64,000 nt of DNA from Candidatus Freyarchaeum deiterrae (GCA_037305845.1 CP147778.1:2432001-2496000), one strand, 5' to 3'; counted from the stretch's first letter, positions 39,801-50,061 are shown. Notes: a model not told the origin generated them from the sequence alone. Made by a program: numbers and translations.

Positions 39801-42800
39801 TGGGCAACCCTCATCCCTACAAAACACTGATAAGAATTACTATTATCAGGGTTCGTTTGGTGTTTCGTCTAATATAGTATACCTCAAAGGGTACATTAAT
39901 CCCGCTAATTACATGAATTTAGCTGATTGGAAATGCACGCAAATAGACTTGAACTATACGGGGCACGCTATAGCTTCAGGCTCTACCACTGATTATAATT
40001 CTCGGAATTACAGTTGGAACTACTGGACTCAGCAGTGGTCTTGGGACGGCTCCAAGATTCCGACGGGGAGCTCCGACATTTCAAGAAGTACGACATGGAT
40101 TGCTGGAAATTCTGGAGCGCCCTCCGAATTTAATGACACAGTAGGAATGGGTGTGTTAGCCTACAGCACCTGGGCATCAAATAATATTGGGGTTGGTTGT
40201 AGTATCGAAATGTGGTCCGACCTGTTTAGCGGCACGTGCCACTTTGAATCGAGATACTCTTCACTAAGGTATGATTGTTCCCCGTTTAACACAAACGATG
40301 AGCCCTACCTGATAGTGAGATATAGAACCTCCTCGGGCACGCCGCAGAATTGGAGCTTCTACTTAACCAGCGGCGATAACAGAACAGCATATCTCATCCC
40401 TCTCTCAAGCTCTACTAATTGGAATACAAGCATCATCAATATTAAGGATGGCAACACCTACGACGGATTCTTCCTCAACTCCTCAGACTGGGGACAATCT
40501 ATTCAATTCGACTACATTCTAACAGGCCACCTAATGGAGGTGAACAGTCTTAACCAGACTGGCGACCCCGTTCTCCAAGTATATGAAGAAAACCCAACAT
40601 CCATTCCAGGGTCATCTAATAATCCGTTACACGTAAACGGAACAATTAGACAAATGGACGGCTACTCTAATCCCACCTCAAACCTGAGCTGTACACTTGA
40701 ACTCTGGATGGGTGGACTGTTTGGCAGTCCCTACAATGTCGTTAATAATGTGAACGGTGCTTTCGATTGCACGATAAATAACTTAGGCTCTCAACTATCT
40801 GATGGAAATGTTTACACTGTTATAATCAAGTCTCCCTATGGGGAAAACCCTCACTACTCCGATGCCAATCTTAGTTTCTGTGTCAAAGTTGATTCTTCGA
40901 ATAATTATCAAATAGTGACTCTTGATAGCCAATCGATAATCCAAGTGATCGAAGAGAACAGCTCAGGATACTACACTTACAACGACCCCCTGGTATGCCA
41001 GTATGTGAACAGAGAAACCCAGATAAACATCACACACACTCTAAAAAACAATGGTGTCGAATATTTACTGGTGGGCTATAGGAGCGGGTGGAATCTTAAT
41101 TCAGCCACAACAAGCGGGCAACCTACTTTACCACTCGTACCCTATCAGGATGCAAATATGAGAAACTACTACTGGATTAATACAACATCCCTAAAACTTG
41201 GGTCGCAGATTAATGTGACTTTCGACTCCAACCAAACTTTTACCTACAATGGAGTTAACGTAGTCACCGACAATGGAATCAACTTGGTTACCGGAAACGA
41301 ACCATTCACTGTTGTTGGAGCGCCAAACTCTCTCACATTAGACGGGAACAACGTTACCTTTAGTGCCATAAAACTAAACGACGTCATCATTACAGACACA
41401 CTTCTATCATTTCATAGAGAAATAACAGGTAAAGACTCCGGTTCCTTAACTGGTTTTAGTTCAACAAGTTTCATTCCCTTAAGCCCTTCAGCTATGCAAT
41501 CTGTAAGCGCTTCAGATAATACTTACTATTCCCAAACAGCAAGTAGTATTAACTATAATGGAGTTGAGACTCAAAATTCTGAAGTATTTATTAAAGGTTT
41601 TATTAATCCCACTGACTATGGTGTAGACCTAAACTACTGGAAATGTTACCAGATAAGTGTCTCTTATTCGGGTAAGGCTGGTGTTACTTATCCTGGTTCC
41701 ATGCCTTCAAGTTCAAGTTCATGTGGGTACCAGTTTTTTGTTTGGGGATACTGGGATCCACAGGATTGGAATCATACATCCGATATGAATATGATTGGCG
41801 CCTTTAATACGGGTGACCAATTTGTAAGTAAACAGTTCAATGCTGGGAATATTGTAACCGGCGGCGAATTTATAGGACCGGTAGGCTTGGGTGTGGACGC
41901 TTACTTTTTTAATAATAACGTGTCTACGGTTAATATGTATAATGACCAACTTCAAGGTACATGCTACTATGCGCAAAAATATGCTTCAATGTCATATTAT
42001 TCGGATCCATTCAACACAATTAATGAACCCTATCTGATAGTGAAATATAGAACCTCCTCGAACTATAATCCGACGAATTGGAACTTCTACCTATCAAGCC
42101 AAGATAATAAAATAGCGAAACTAATTACTTCTCTTTCAGGATCTACCCAATGGAATACAAGCGTTATCCCCATTCCGGGTAGCCAGGACGGCAATACCTA
42201 TAACGGCTTCTTCCTCAACTCCTCAGACTGGGGACAATGGATTCAATTCGACTACATACTAACCGGCCACCCGCAGGTGAACAGCCCCAGCCCGACCCAG
42301 TCGAATGGTAATCTGAATGTTACGATTACGAACCCCACCATGGGCAGCACGGTCAACTACGGAGTTGTCTGGATAAACGGAACCTATAACTCCACAGGGA
42401 GTAACATCGCCCAAATAACCATTAACGATACACGCTTCGGTCTCATGCAACCTTCAATAGGAGGGTCTAACTACGGTACTTCTGGAATCTACAGCTTCAG
42501 AGCTTCGTGTATACCAGCGAGTGAGTTCGGCGTGGAGGTTACGGTCGAGGATGTGACGGGAAACATGGGAACAGCGGCAAGACATGTCGCGGTGGTAGAC
42601 ATGGAGAACCCCACCATCAATCTTAATTCCCATATCGATAATTCCCCTGAATCCTTGTATACTTCATCTTTTATTAAAAATGATATCGTCTGGATAAACG
42701 GAACCTTCAACGGCACAGGCAGCCCGATTAGAAGCATAACCATTAACGACTCAAGGTTCGTCCTAGTAGAGCGTGATAATACGGATCCCAATGGAATTAC

Positions 42801-43107
42801 CGGTAGCTTCAGCTTCAAGAACCCAACCCCTATAGTAGCGGATAAATCTACTCCTTTTGTAATATTCGATCTAAACATCACAGTCAAAGATTATGCAGGA
42901 AATACTAAAACAATAATAGTAATTGTATTGGCTCTTAATCCTAATTTTGATGAGTATACAGAATCTATGATCTTAGGATATGATTATTCGAAATTTTACG
43001 TAATGAATCAACTAATTCAAGACTTACTCCTCACTCCTGACTTTTGGCAAATAGTTCTTGTAAATGCGGGTGCAATATTCATGGCTATATTGGCCTTTCT
43101 CGCCTAA
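36838..43107 (+). CDS. Giant (~2090 aa) secreted/membrane-anchored surface glycoprotein with three internal modules
   Basis: N-terminal TM/signal, N/T/S/Y/W-rich sequence with many NxS/T sequons, threefold 'TGNEP...FNT..P.L...FDY.LTG' module, two C-terminal Ig-like repeats and a terminal hydrophobic helix. Confidence 0.85.
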   Translation: MSVKNCLKRYKKSALGLIVISIFLLSLYIPVFYFSQISNNPLINIPPNYLLNNNVNSKDSTNGQSVSNTVDVYGYDSNNNLLYVYANPWTYSYLGQGDQIRITLTHTIQNRNVKYIVIVHPYSMGWKFESNSSGTVVPINWTTGNGGQCTCIKDFTDPVTVTWIANTTYTYSGITFTSGNEPITYTGNPIITRNGSTLRFQFRDGVWTDTRFILPGDPEMNCFSAVSINSGSNPDYANTPWSSTEYSNGRNDDNAGNHYEQTAADWSSSLVWNRYVANLSWFSGQDGETARLLNDIIYSFKGYTQLQGTNLWGTLFYKDNSGTWHAMASLPNPNQATLLIPSSTITSNVNGLLQNDQTLVFGAGASAQSFTWPNYACFWGYWYITGYTIVDSDTTLYVNQVKAQVDYNWHYTWANLTYHGTSFNTNDYPWLFIKYKSSSTNNWNFWLTNGGNDKAAKPLSLVGTNGQWNTVKVNISDIIGGGIYDGFHLEKNYNDQFKNDWIEFDYVLTGREVEVNSLNQNGTSNLTVSAADGNQNLGTTNNPLNVSGSIRQMDGYDNPFIPDSSQLGCTLELWKDGVQKVCSDTVYNSNSNFVYSIVTGDSQPLSTGSYTVKIKPHWTNPRYPDVELNFSLYPLTVSDTDWRTGNGTVEVIEKVGANYYTYNDAWQYRYAPDGTIQTRIMHNLENEAADYLLVGYKDGWNLNETLLKGGTLSPYPDDFSSFRIQAGSDDWNYTSTTYSTVKSSVYLGTDYSGTAYSAGFRWPLSIPHGSTILSSTLTLTALNRSSLYPFTTNIRLYDQDNCSSPDSSIQTWNTTGDVLWTLNNWIPGEEYTSPDITSLVQSFIDRSGYIPGKYTGLVLDAGNSTTGIYRSAYTYDNRQDWSARLDIKYVNPTYTNYYWIQEPATHTMITFDVNQTLAYNGINVVTGNEPFTIFGNPQALELSGNTFTFAPIKQNYNVTDTLSSYTKSDIGYNTYTPPYGFESVFMPIGQPSSLQNTDKNYYYQGSFGVSSNIVYLKGYINPANYMNLADWKCTQIDLNYTGHAIASGSTTDYNSRNYSWNYWTQQWSWDGSKIPTGSSDISRSTTWIAGNSGAPSEFNDTVGMGVLAYSTWASNNIGVGCSIEMWSDLFSGTCHFESRYSSLRYDCSPFNTNDEPYLIVRYRTSSGTPQNWSFYLTSGDNRTAYLIPLSSSTNWNTSIINIKDGNTYDGFFLNSSDWGQSIQFDYILTGHLMEVNSLNQTGDPVLQVYEENPTSIPGSSNNPLHVNGTIRQMDGYSNPTSNLSCTLELWMGGLFGSPYNVVNNVNGAFDCTINNLGSQLSDGNVYTVIIKSPYGENPHYSDANLSFCVKVDSSNNYQIVTLDSQSIIQVIEENSSGYYTYNDPLVCQYVNRETQINITHTLKNNGVEYLLVGYRSGWNLNSATTSGQPTLPLVPYQDANMRNYYWINTTSLKLGSQINVTFDSNQTFTYNGVNVVTDNGINLVTGNEPFTVVGAPNSLTLDGNNVTFSAIKLNDVIITDTLLSFHREITGKDSGSLTGFSSTSFIPLSPSAMQSVSASDNTYYSQTASSINYNGVETQNSEVFIKGFINPTDYGVDLNYWKCYQISVSYSGKAGVTYPGSMPSSSSSCGYQFFVWGYWDPQDWNHTSDMNMIGAFNTGDQFVSKQFNAGNIVTGGEFIGPVGLGVDAYFFNNNVSTVNMYNDQLQGTCYYAQKYASMSYYSDPFNTINEPYLIVKYRTSSNYNPTNWNFYLSSQDNKIAKLITSLSGSTQWNTSVIPIPGSQDGNTYNGFFLNSSDWGQWIQFDYILTGHPQVNSPSPTQSNGNLNVTITNPTMGSTVNYGVVWINGTYNSTGSNIAQITINDTRFGLMQPSIGGSNYGTSGIYSFRASCIPASEFGVEVTVEDVTGNMGTAARHVAVVDMENPTINLNSHIDNSPESLYTSSFIKNDIVWINGTFNGTGSPIRSITINDSRFVLVERDNTDPNGITGSFSFKNPTPIVADKSTPFVIFDLNITVKDYAGNTKTIIVIVLALNPNFDEYTESMILGYDYSKFYVMNQLIQDLLLTPDFWQIVLVNAGAIFMAILAFLA

Positions 43108-43253
43108 AGTATCAGCGAGATATTGTAGATTTATTCATTATTCTACAATCTGCGTTTTTAAAAAGGTAGATGTTACTAATTGGGAATCAGTTAATAACAT
43201 GTTTGATGGCTCAAAATGTTTTTGGTTTGTCTGAAAAAATAAAATAGAAGATT

Positions 43254-43940
43254 TTATTCTAATAAAATCTTTGCTGCTTTCACTCTAATTTCTTTGGTTT
43301 TCCGTTCTCGTATTGCTTCGAAAGTGTTGTCAACGGATACGCTGCCATCCTTTTTCCTAACCAAACATCCGCCGGTTGCATCTATTGTTTCTTTTGAAAC
43401 TGTTATGCTTGTTGGATTTTTGGTTTCAGTTTCCACATTTTTAGCTACTGAAGAAGCGTTGGACAAGTATTTGCTGTGTCCCTCTGGTAGGAGAACTTCT
43501 AACTCTCCGCCGCCTATACTTACTGCTGCGCCTTGTACCAATCTTTCCAGTATTTTGGAATAATCTTTTGAGGAGGTTAACTCTTTTAGCTTTTCGTTAG
43601 CCTTTTCGAACGCCGTTTCGATTAGTTGTTCTTGTGCTTTGGTTTTTCTTTGTTTCGCCTTGAGTTTTGCTTCCGCCAGTCTTCTTCGCTTGTATCTCTC
43701 AGCTTCTTCCTTTCCTCTTTTGGTTATTTCATCAACCTTTTTTTCTGTTTTGCCTGTAGCCTCTTCCTCGATTTGCTTTGCTTTTACTTCGGCTTCCTCA
43801 ATTATTGCTTTCGCTTTTTCTTCTGCTTCTTCTTCGATTTTGCTTTTGATTTTCTTTAATCGCTCCATTTCCGGTTCTTCAATGCCTTCTTCTATTACTT
43901 CTTCTTCGCCTTTGACTGCTTCTTTGTCTGCTGCCTTCAT
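43254..43940 (-). CDS. atpE: A/V-type ATP synthase subunit E
   Basis: Long charged N-terminal helix; 'GGCLVR..DGSVSVDNTFE'. Confidence 0.9.
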   Translation of the reverse strand: MKAADKEAVKGEEEVIEEGIEEPEMERLKKIKSKIEEEAEEKAKAIIEEAEVKAKQIEEEATGKTEKKVDEITKRGKEEAERYKRRRLAEAKLKAKQRKTKAQEQLIETAFEKANEKLKELTSSKDYSKILERLVQGAAVSIGGGELEVLLPEGHSKYLSNASSVAKNVETETKNPTSITVSKETIDATGGCLVRKKDGSVSVDNTFEAIRERKTKEIRVKAAKILLE

Positions 43941-43941
43941 T

Positions 43942-44280
43942 TTATCGTCCCCCGATTATTGCTTCCACAATTACTTGGGCTGCTTCTTCTATTTTTTTTG
44001 ACTTTTCTGATATTATGTTCTCTGCTTCCTTCTCAGATTCGCTATCGATCTTTTTAACCTCTTCGTTCACTGTTTTTTCTGCTTTTTTCATCATTTTTTC
44101 GACTTCTTTTTCAGCCGAGCTGACCCTTTCTTTAAGTAATTCGTCTCTTTTTTTCATTGCACTATTTTCTATTGTTTGTGCTTCGATCTCTGCTGAGGCG
44201 ATTTTTTTGTCTGCTGCCTCTTCAGCACTTCTGATAACTTTAAGAACATCCGAAGCCATTGCACTCACCTCAAAGCTCAC
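43942..44280 (-). CDS. A/V-type ATP synthase subunit H/G (peripheral stalk); ATG at 44259 likely
   Basis: 'LKVIRSAEEAADKKI..AE' coiled coil; adjacent to subunit E. Confidence 0.75.
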   Translation of the reverse strand: MSFEVSAMASDVLKVIRSAEEAADKKIASAEIEAQTIENSAMKKRDELLKERVSSAEKEVEKMMKKAEKTVNEEVKKIDSESEKEAENIISEKSKKIEEAAQVIVEAIIGGR

Positions 44281-44680
44281 TGTATTTTTTCAAGTCTGAA
44301 GTATTACCTTTAAATATTTAACAATAACGCTACCTCTTATCCTAAAAACAGGTATCTTTGCGAATAATTATTCATACCAGCTCCCAAAAGGATTAATTAC
44401 ACTAGCAATAATGGAAAACAAGTACTGGATTAACCCTTAAGCGCATCAATGGCGCCTAGTTTTCAGCATACTATCTCCTGAGATATGAGATGAAAACTTT
44501 TCTCAGGTCGAGAATGAAATTCCCTCTCTAACAGAGAGCATACTCTCCAGTCTGCAATCTTCAATTACATCAAGCTATCTCATACTTGTAAAAGTCTGCA
44601 AAAATTATATATATTCGAAGCTTCAACCGTAGAATACTTCTAGTTACATTATCAGATAACAACTTTCAAAGGGACTTACG

Positions 44681-47155
44681 ATGCAATTCTCCGTAGCTGA
44701 AATGGGCATTATAAAAATTATCTGCCATAAAGATTATGAACGCGACTTGATGCGTTGCCTACATGAGATAGGAAACGTAGAACTCATAGACGTAATGGAA
44801 CAGCGTACTTCTACAGCTATCGAGCTTTCTGAACAGGAGCAGTCTGTTTACAAGGTCTTAAGCGACATACAAAGAGAGGTTGATTACCTCGAATTAACCC
44901 AGTATATTCCTGGTATAGCGGCTAAAATACGTCCAAAAAAGCGTTATCTACTTGACGATAGAAAATTAGATAAAATACTCGATATGTCTGAAAAGACCTT
45001 AAGTAAGGTTGAGCCGAAAGTACAGTCCCTAAGCCAAGAATTATTACAAACGCGGCAGAGTTTAGACCAGCAATACACAATATTCAAAGTAGCAGAGACC
45101 CTTGCCCCCCTAGATATTGCCATATCTCAACTAGGCCCGGGAAGATACGTTTACGCAGTAGCGGGGACGGTGCCAACCGTTAGATCTGGAACATTAAAAT
45201 GGCGTATCAAAGAAGTGACAGAGGGTAACTATGTATTCCGTTCCGAAAGCATAGCTGGAGGGCGGGACGTAGTCTTCATCGCGATACTAAACCAGTACCG
45301 AGGAGTGGTTGAAAGAATTCTCACCGCTTTTGGCTTCGAAGAGTTCAAAGTGCCTCCAGATGTTAAAGGCAGTTTACAGGATATAATGACAAAGACACAG
45401 GCAAAAATAAAAAAATTAGAAGAAGACCTCGAAAACCTAGAAAAAAAACGCATGGATCTAACCAAAGAGTGGGGATTCCAATTACTTATTTGCAGAGAAC
45501 AGCTAGAAATCGAAAGAGACCGCATAGATGCTAAAAAGTACCTCCGGATAACTAAATCAACTATAGAAGTTTGGGGGTGGGTACCCCTCAAAGCAGCCAA
45601 AAAGCTAACGAATGCCATTGATAATGTTACAGAAAAGACCGCCATAATTGAGGTAACAAAAAATCCTCCCACCAAAGAAGAGCCCCCCTCAAAAATGGTA
45701 AATAACAGAACTTTTAGTCCATACCAAAAACTGGTAAAAGGTTTTGGTATACCGAACTACCATGAAATAGACCCAACAAAACTCATGACTCTAAGCCTTC
45801 CGTTCTTCTTCGGACTTATGTTTCCAGACGTAGCCCACGGAGCCATACTGACCGTATTTGCACTCGCAATGCTCGCCTTGAGACTAAAAAGGCCAGCAGT
45901 CAGCGGGATTTCAGCCTACATATACGAAGGAGCAGGACTACTGTTTCTTTGTGGACTTTTTGCAATGCTCTTTGGGTTCATTTTCGGCGAAGTGTTTGGG
46001 TCAACCAGTATCATTAATCCTCTATGGTTCTATCCGTTCGGAACAGCCGATGGAAACTTCAGACTCCTAAGACTATCCATAGTTATCGGAGTAATCACAA
46101 TTACAGCCGGATTTTTAGTAAAATTTAGTAACCTAGTAAGGAACGGTAAGAGAAAACTGGCGGTCTTCCAGCCACTGATGCTCATAATTTTCTACATAGG
46201 CGCATTCCTAATCATATACAGCGATGAATATAGCGTAAACTTCACAGGATGGGGGTCCCCCTGGGGAACTGTAATTACTAGGTTACAATCAGCGATGCTA
46301 GATCCAAATTATACTACACCACCATCGTGGTTCACACAAAGTCAGTGGGACTACTTGAGATTCGCATGGGCGACAACACCCTTCTACAACACAACTATAA
46401 GACCCCTAAAAGCACTAGAACCCATAGGTGTTGGAACCTACATAATAGATACAAATCTATGGCACATATGGTCGTTGATAGCCCAGTTTCAATACATCAA
46501 CACTGGTGATAAAACACTAGTAAACACTTTAACTAGTATTCAGCAATTTGTTGTATTCAATACAACATCTTGGTCGCCTGCTATTAGCTTACCACCTATC
46601 CAATTTCTCACCTACGGACTTGTCTTGCTTCCTCTGCTTGTTTCGCTTATTGGCACCATACGCCTGGCTCACGACCGAATGGAAGGAGTCTCAGAGCAGA
46701 TAGACTACTTAATCTCCTGCCTATCTCACTCAATATCCTTCGCACGAATTTTTGCTCTAGCGGCAGTACACGCCATCCTATCCGAAATATTCCTAGGACT
46801 ACCTGGTCCACCCTTACTGACGAATACATATAGCTTAACAGCATTAACATCTGGGACAACAGCAGTTGCCTTTCCAGCTGTGGCCGCCGAGTCGCTACTT
46901 TGGGCTGGGGTGGGCGCTATTCTGATAGTTGGGTTAGAAGGACTATTGGGCTTCATGAATAGCTTGCGACTTCATTGGGTGGAGTTCTTCACCAAGTTTT
47001 ACGTTGGCGATGGAAGAGAATTCGCTCCCTTTACTTCGTCTCGTCAACTAACCAGAGTGGAAAGAACTTTCGAAGCACCTGTCTATGAAAAAGAGATTAC
47101 GGTGAAGGCTAGCGGTTCTAAAGGAAGCAGATTTAGACGCAAAGCTCAGAGCTGA
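44681..47155 (+). CDS. atpI: A/V-type ATP synthase subunit I (a)
   Basis: 'GWVP', 'FGIPNYHEIDPT', 'FFGLMFPD', 'SFARIFALAAVH' (essential Arg), 'LRLHWVEFFTKFY'. Confidence 0.93.
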   Translation: MQFSVAEMGIIKIICHKDYERDLMRCLHEIGNVELIDVMEQRTSTAIELSEQEQSVYKVLSDIQREVDYLELTQYIPGIAAKIRPKKRYLLDDRKLDKILDMSEKTLSKVEPKVQSLSQELLQTRQSLDQQYTIFKVAETLAPLDIAISQLGPGRYVYAVAGTVPTVRSGTLKWRIKEVTEGNYVFRSESIAGGRDVVFIAILNQYRGVVERILTAFGFEEFKVPPDVKGSLQDIMTKTQAKIKKLEEDLENLEKKRMDLTKEWGFQLLICREQLEIERDRIDAKKYLRITKSTIEVWGWVPLKAAKKLTNAIDNVTEKTAIIEVTKNPPTKEEPPSKMVNNRTFSPYQKLVKGFGIPNYHEIDPTKLMTLSLPFFFGLMFPDVAHGAILTVFALAMLALRLKRPAVSGISAYIYEGAGLLFLCGLFAMLFGFIFGEVFGSTSIINPLWFYPFGTADGNFRLLRLSIVIGVITITAGFLVKFSNLVRNGKRKLAVFQPLMLIIFYIGAFLIIYSDEYSVNFTGWGSPWGTVITRLQSAMLDPNYTTPPSWFTQSQWDYLRFAWATTPFYNTTIRPLKALEPIGVGTYIIDTNLWHIWSLIAQFQYINTGDKTLVNTLTSIQQFVVFNTTSWSPAISLPPIQFLTYGLVLLPLLVSLIGTIRLAHDRMEGVSEQIDYLISCLSHSISFARIFALAAVHAILSEIFLGLPGPPLLTNTYSLTALTSGTTAVAFPAVAAESLLWAGVGAILIVGLEGLLGFMNSLRLHWVEFFTKFYVGDGREFAPFTSSRQLTRVERTFEAPVYEKEITVKASGSKGSRFRRKAQS

Positions 47156-47222
47156 TCAGACACCCTTTCTCTACTCCTTTTTTTATGTAATGCTCAAGCT
47201 AATCCAAATTTTCTTTTTATTA

Positions 47223-47573
47223 CTATTCTTTTCGAGTTTTTGGATCCTTTACAAGTGTCCTCTTCAACTTTTTTTGTTTCCGTTTTGGTTTTTTATCCTT
47301 CAAAGCTTCTTTTTTGAGTTTATAAAGCTGGTACACGAGCAGAGCTTGGAGAATAATCAAGAAAAATAGGAGTGTTAAACCAATTATATCAAGTTGTTGA
47401 AAGGGAATCGGCGTGGGTAGAAGGTTTAAGCGCCCCCACCAATTATTATTTATGAAATTCAAGTTTATAATAACAAGCCACAAAATCGGAAAAAAAATAA
47501 GGTAACCGACCGCCTTCTGAAGATTGGAAAGCCTTCTGGCCCTTACTTTCGCCTTTTCAAGTTCAGACATCAA
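47223..47573 (-). CDS. Small membrane protein with basic tail
   Basis: 2 TM followed by a Lys-rich C-terminus. Confidence 0.65.
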   Translation of the reverse strand: MMSELEKAKVRARRLSNLQKAVGYLIFFPILWLVIINLNFINNNWWGRLNLLPTPIPFQQLDIIGLTLLFFLIILQALLVYQLYKLKKEALKDKKPKRKQKKLKRTLVKDPKTRKE

Positions 47574-47701
47574 ATCACACTCATTTATCCTGAAATAGGA
47601 TGCCTGCAGCTATAAAAAAATTTACGCATATAAAAAATGACTAGAAACCCTCTTTTTACTACCTTTCTTCTTCGCCTGAAGTAATCACATTTTAAACTGC
47701 T

Positions 47702-48868
47702 TTATATTAAAGCTTTGACTGCTTCTTCTAGGTCGTTAATTGTTAACTGAAACATGGGAAATATTCTGGAGATAGTGTTTATTGTCCATCCGGAGTGACC
47801 TGCCGGATTTATCCAGACCGCCTTTTTGAAATGGTCTCGCAAGCGGGTGAGCCACACAATGCCCGGTGTTTCGTCTGTGTCAACGGGATAAAAATAAATT
47901 GCGCCGCCTGGCTCCATCAGTTCAGCAGGATGCATGTTCGCGTCTCCTACGATGATGAGCTTGTAATTCTTATCATACTTCTGCATTAAATCCGCCGTGG
48001 CAACCATTGTGGAGTTCAATTGCGCCATGTCCTTATAGACGTATTGATAGACACAATTGTGGAAGTAAAAGTACTGAAAATCCTTAAAGAATTTCAGGGA
48101 GTGCGCTGCCGAAAAGAGTTGATTCACGAGGTCGGAGTAAGGATCCATGGAACCTCCAGTATCCATTAGAAGAAGAACCTTCACGCGGTTTTTCCGTTCC
48201 GGATGAAATATGAGTTCCAATTCCCCGGCGTTCTTACACGTTTCATCAATCGTATCCTCAAGACACAACTCATCCGGCACACCGACCCGTTTAAACAGCC
48301 GCAGTTTTTTAAGAGCCATCTGAATCTGGCGAATGTCCAGAGTCAAGTCATGTCGATAGTTCTGATACCGACGCTCCAGAGCATACTTCATAGCCGTGCC
48401 GCTCCCTCTCCGGTCACCGAAACTAATTCCCGTAGGATGAGCACCGCGAACTCCAAAGGGAGATGTTCCACCAGTACCAATCCACTTATCGCCCCCATCA
48501 TGTCGCTCCTTCTGCTCCTTGAGCCGCTCTTCAAGAAGCCTTCGAAGCTCCTCCACATTCAAGTGCTTCAGGAACTCCAGCTCTTCGGGCGAGAGATACT
48601 TCTGATTACGCGGATTCTCAAGCCACTTAAGAAACTCCTCATCTATCGTGAGAGACCCTTCCACGTCCCTAAAATACTGAGCAAAACACTGATCAAAAGC
48701 ATCAAAATAACACTCGTTTTTCACGAGCAGGGCACGGGTTAGGAAATAAAAATCATTGAACCTACAGTTGTGAAGCCCCTTCGAGAGAGCTTCCATGTAG
48801 GTAAGCCACTCGGTAATCGTAACAGGGATCTTATTCTGCTTCAAAAGGAAAAAGAAATCGATGAGCAA
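47702..48868 (-). CDS. vWA/CoxE-like protein (MoxR partner)
   Basis: 'ERHDGGDKWIGTGGTSPFG', MIDAS-like 'DTGGSM', 'YFHNCVY', 'VGDA'. Confidence 0.88.
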   Translation of the reverse strand: MLIDFFFLLKQNKIPVTITEWLTYMEALSKGLHNCRFNDFYFLTRALLVKNECYFDAFDQCFAQYFRDVEGSLTIDEEFLKWLENPRNQKYLSPEELEFLKHLNVEELRRLLEERLKEQKERHDGGDKWIGTGGTSPFGVRGAHPTGISFGDRRGSGTAMKYALERRYQNYRHDLTLDIRQIQMALKKLRLFKRVGVPDELCLEDTIDETCKNAGELELIFHPERKNRVKVLLLMDTGGSMDPYSDLVNQLFSAAHSLKFFKDFQYFYFHNCVYQYVYKDMAQLNSTMVATADLMQKYDKNYKLIIVGDANMHPAELMEPGGAIYFYPVDTDETPGIVWLTRLRDHFKKAVWINPAGHSGWTINTISRIFPMFQLTINDLEEAVKALI

Positions 48869-49750
48869 CTAATAATATCTCCTGCGATTTGTTTCCGGCG
48901 TTTCATAAGCCGCCCGCTTCTGCTGCTGTTGCTGCATTACTCGATTAAGTTCTGCGATATCCTGCTCCTTCTTGATGAGAGAACCGAGAAAAGGAATCTC
49001 CTCAGCCAATTTTCTCTCAGAAATTCCGAAACGAAGCAGCACAGCTATCCAATCAATAAGCTCACTCGTCGAGGGCTTCTTCTTCAAAGTATTAATGGAA
49101 CGAATCTCATAGAACTTTTTCAAAACCTGATTAAGAAGATTCTCTTCCAAGTTTGGATGATGAACATTCACAATCCTACGCATCAGTTCCTCATCCGGAA
49201 ACTCTATGTAATGAAACACACACCGACGGAGAAAAGCATCTGGCAACTCCTTCTCATTGTTACTAGTGATAACAACAATGGGCCGGGTTTTCGCCTTAAT
49301 CTCTCTTCCCGTTTCTATAATCCTAAACGACATCTCGTCAAGCTCATTTAAGAGATCGTTTGGAAATTCTATATCAGCTTTGTCAATTTCATCGATTAGG
49401 AGGACTAATTGTTCGTCGGAATCAAATGCTTGACCCAACTCTCCCAATTTGATGTAGCTTTCGATATTTGAAACGTCTTTGTCACCAAAGCGGCTGTCAT
49501 TCAGACGCTGAACCGTATCGTATACGTAAAGTCCATCCTTCGCTTTGGTCGTAGACTTTATGTTCCAAACAAGCAACTTTTTGTTCAAAGCCTTTGCAAC
49601 GCTCTTCGCCAGAAGCGTTTTTCCCGTCCCGGGTTCACCTCGAACCAGCAAAGGGCGTCCAAGTGTAACTGATGCATTAACAATATTTGCAAGTTCCTCC
49701 GATGCGATGTAATCATCAGAACCTTCATAAATTTTAGCTGTTTCAGTCAA
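48869..49750 (-). CDS. MoxR-family AAA+ ATPase
   Basis: Walker A GEPGTGKT, Walker B LLIDEIDKAD, 'TSNNEKELPDAFLRRC'. Confidence 0.93.
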   Translation of the reverse strand: MTETAKIYEGSDDYIASEELANIVNASVTLGRPLLVRGEPGTGKTLLAKSVAKALNKKLLVWNIKSTTKAKDGLYVYDTVQRLNDSRFGDKDVSNIESYIKLGELGQAFDSDEQLVLLIDEIDKADIEFPNDLLNELDEMSFRIIETGREIKAKTRPIVVITSNNEKELPDAFLRRCVFHYIEFPDEELMRRIVNVHHPNLEENLLNQVLKKFYEIRSINTLKKKPSTSELIDWIAVLLRFGISERKLAEEIPFLGSLIKKEQDIAELNRVMQQQQQKRAAYETPETNRRRYY

Positions 49751-49935
49751 ATTTCTCTACCAGCGACGGTCATTAATAATAAGTGATAATTAACAATCAT
49801 TAAAATTCGATTTAAATTTTTTCTACACCAAACTCTCAGAAAAATAACAATAAATGAGAAATGCGTACACACGGTGTGCAATTCAACTCTTACAAAAAGG
49901 GGCACTTTTGGTGCTGATAAAGATAAAGAAATTTT

Positions 49936-50061
49936 TTATTCTGCGTCTAGAAATATGAGCATTCCGAATAATTCACCCTTTTCGATTTCAATGTTCAGCT
50001 TGTCCACTGCGGTGAGACTTTTGAATTTCTTAGTTAAATCTTTTGTTTTGATTACGGACAA
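49936..50061 (-). pseudogene. 5' remnant of an ABC transporter ATP-binding gene
   Basis: TTG after GGAGG reads MSVIKTKDLTKKFKSLTAVDKLNIEIEKGELFGML, then breaks off just before Walker A. Confidence 0.75.
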
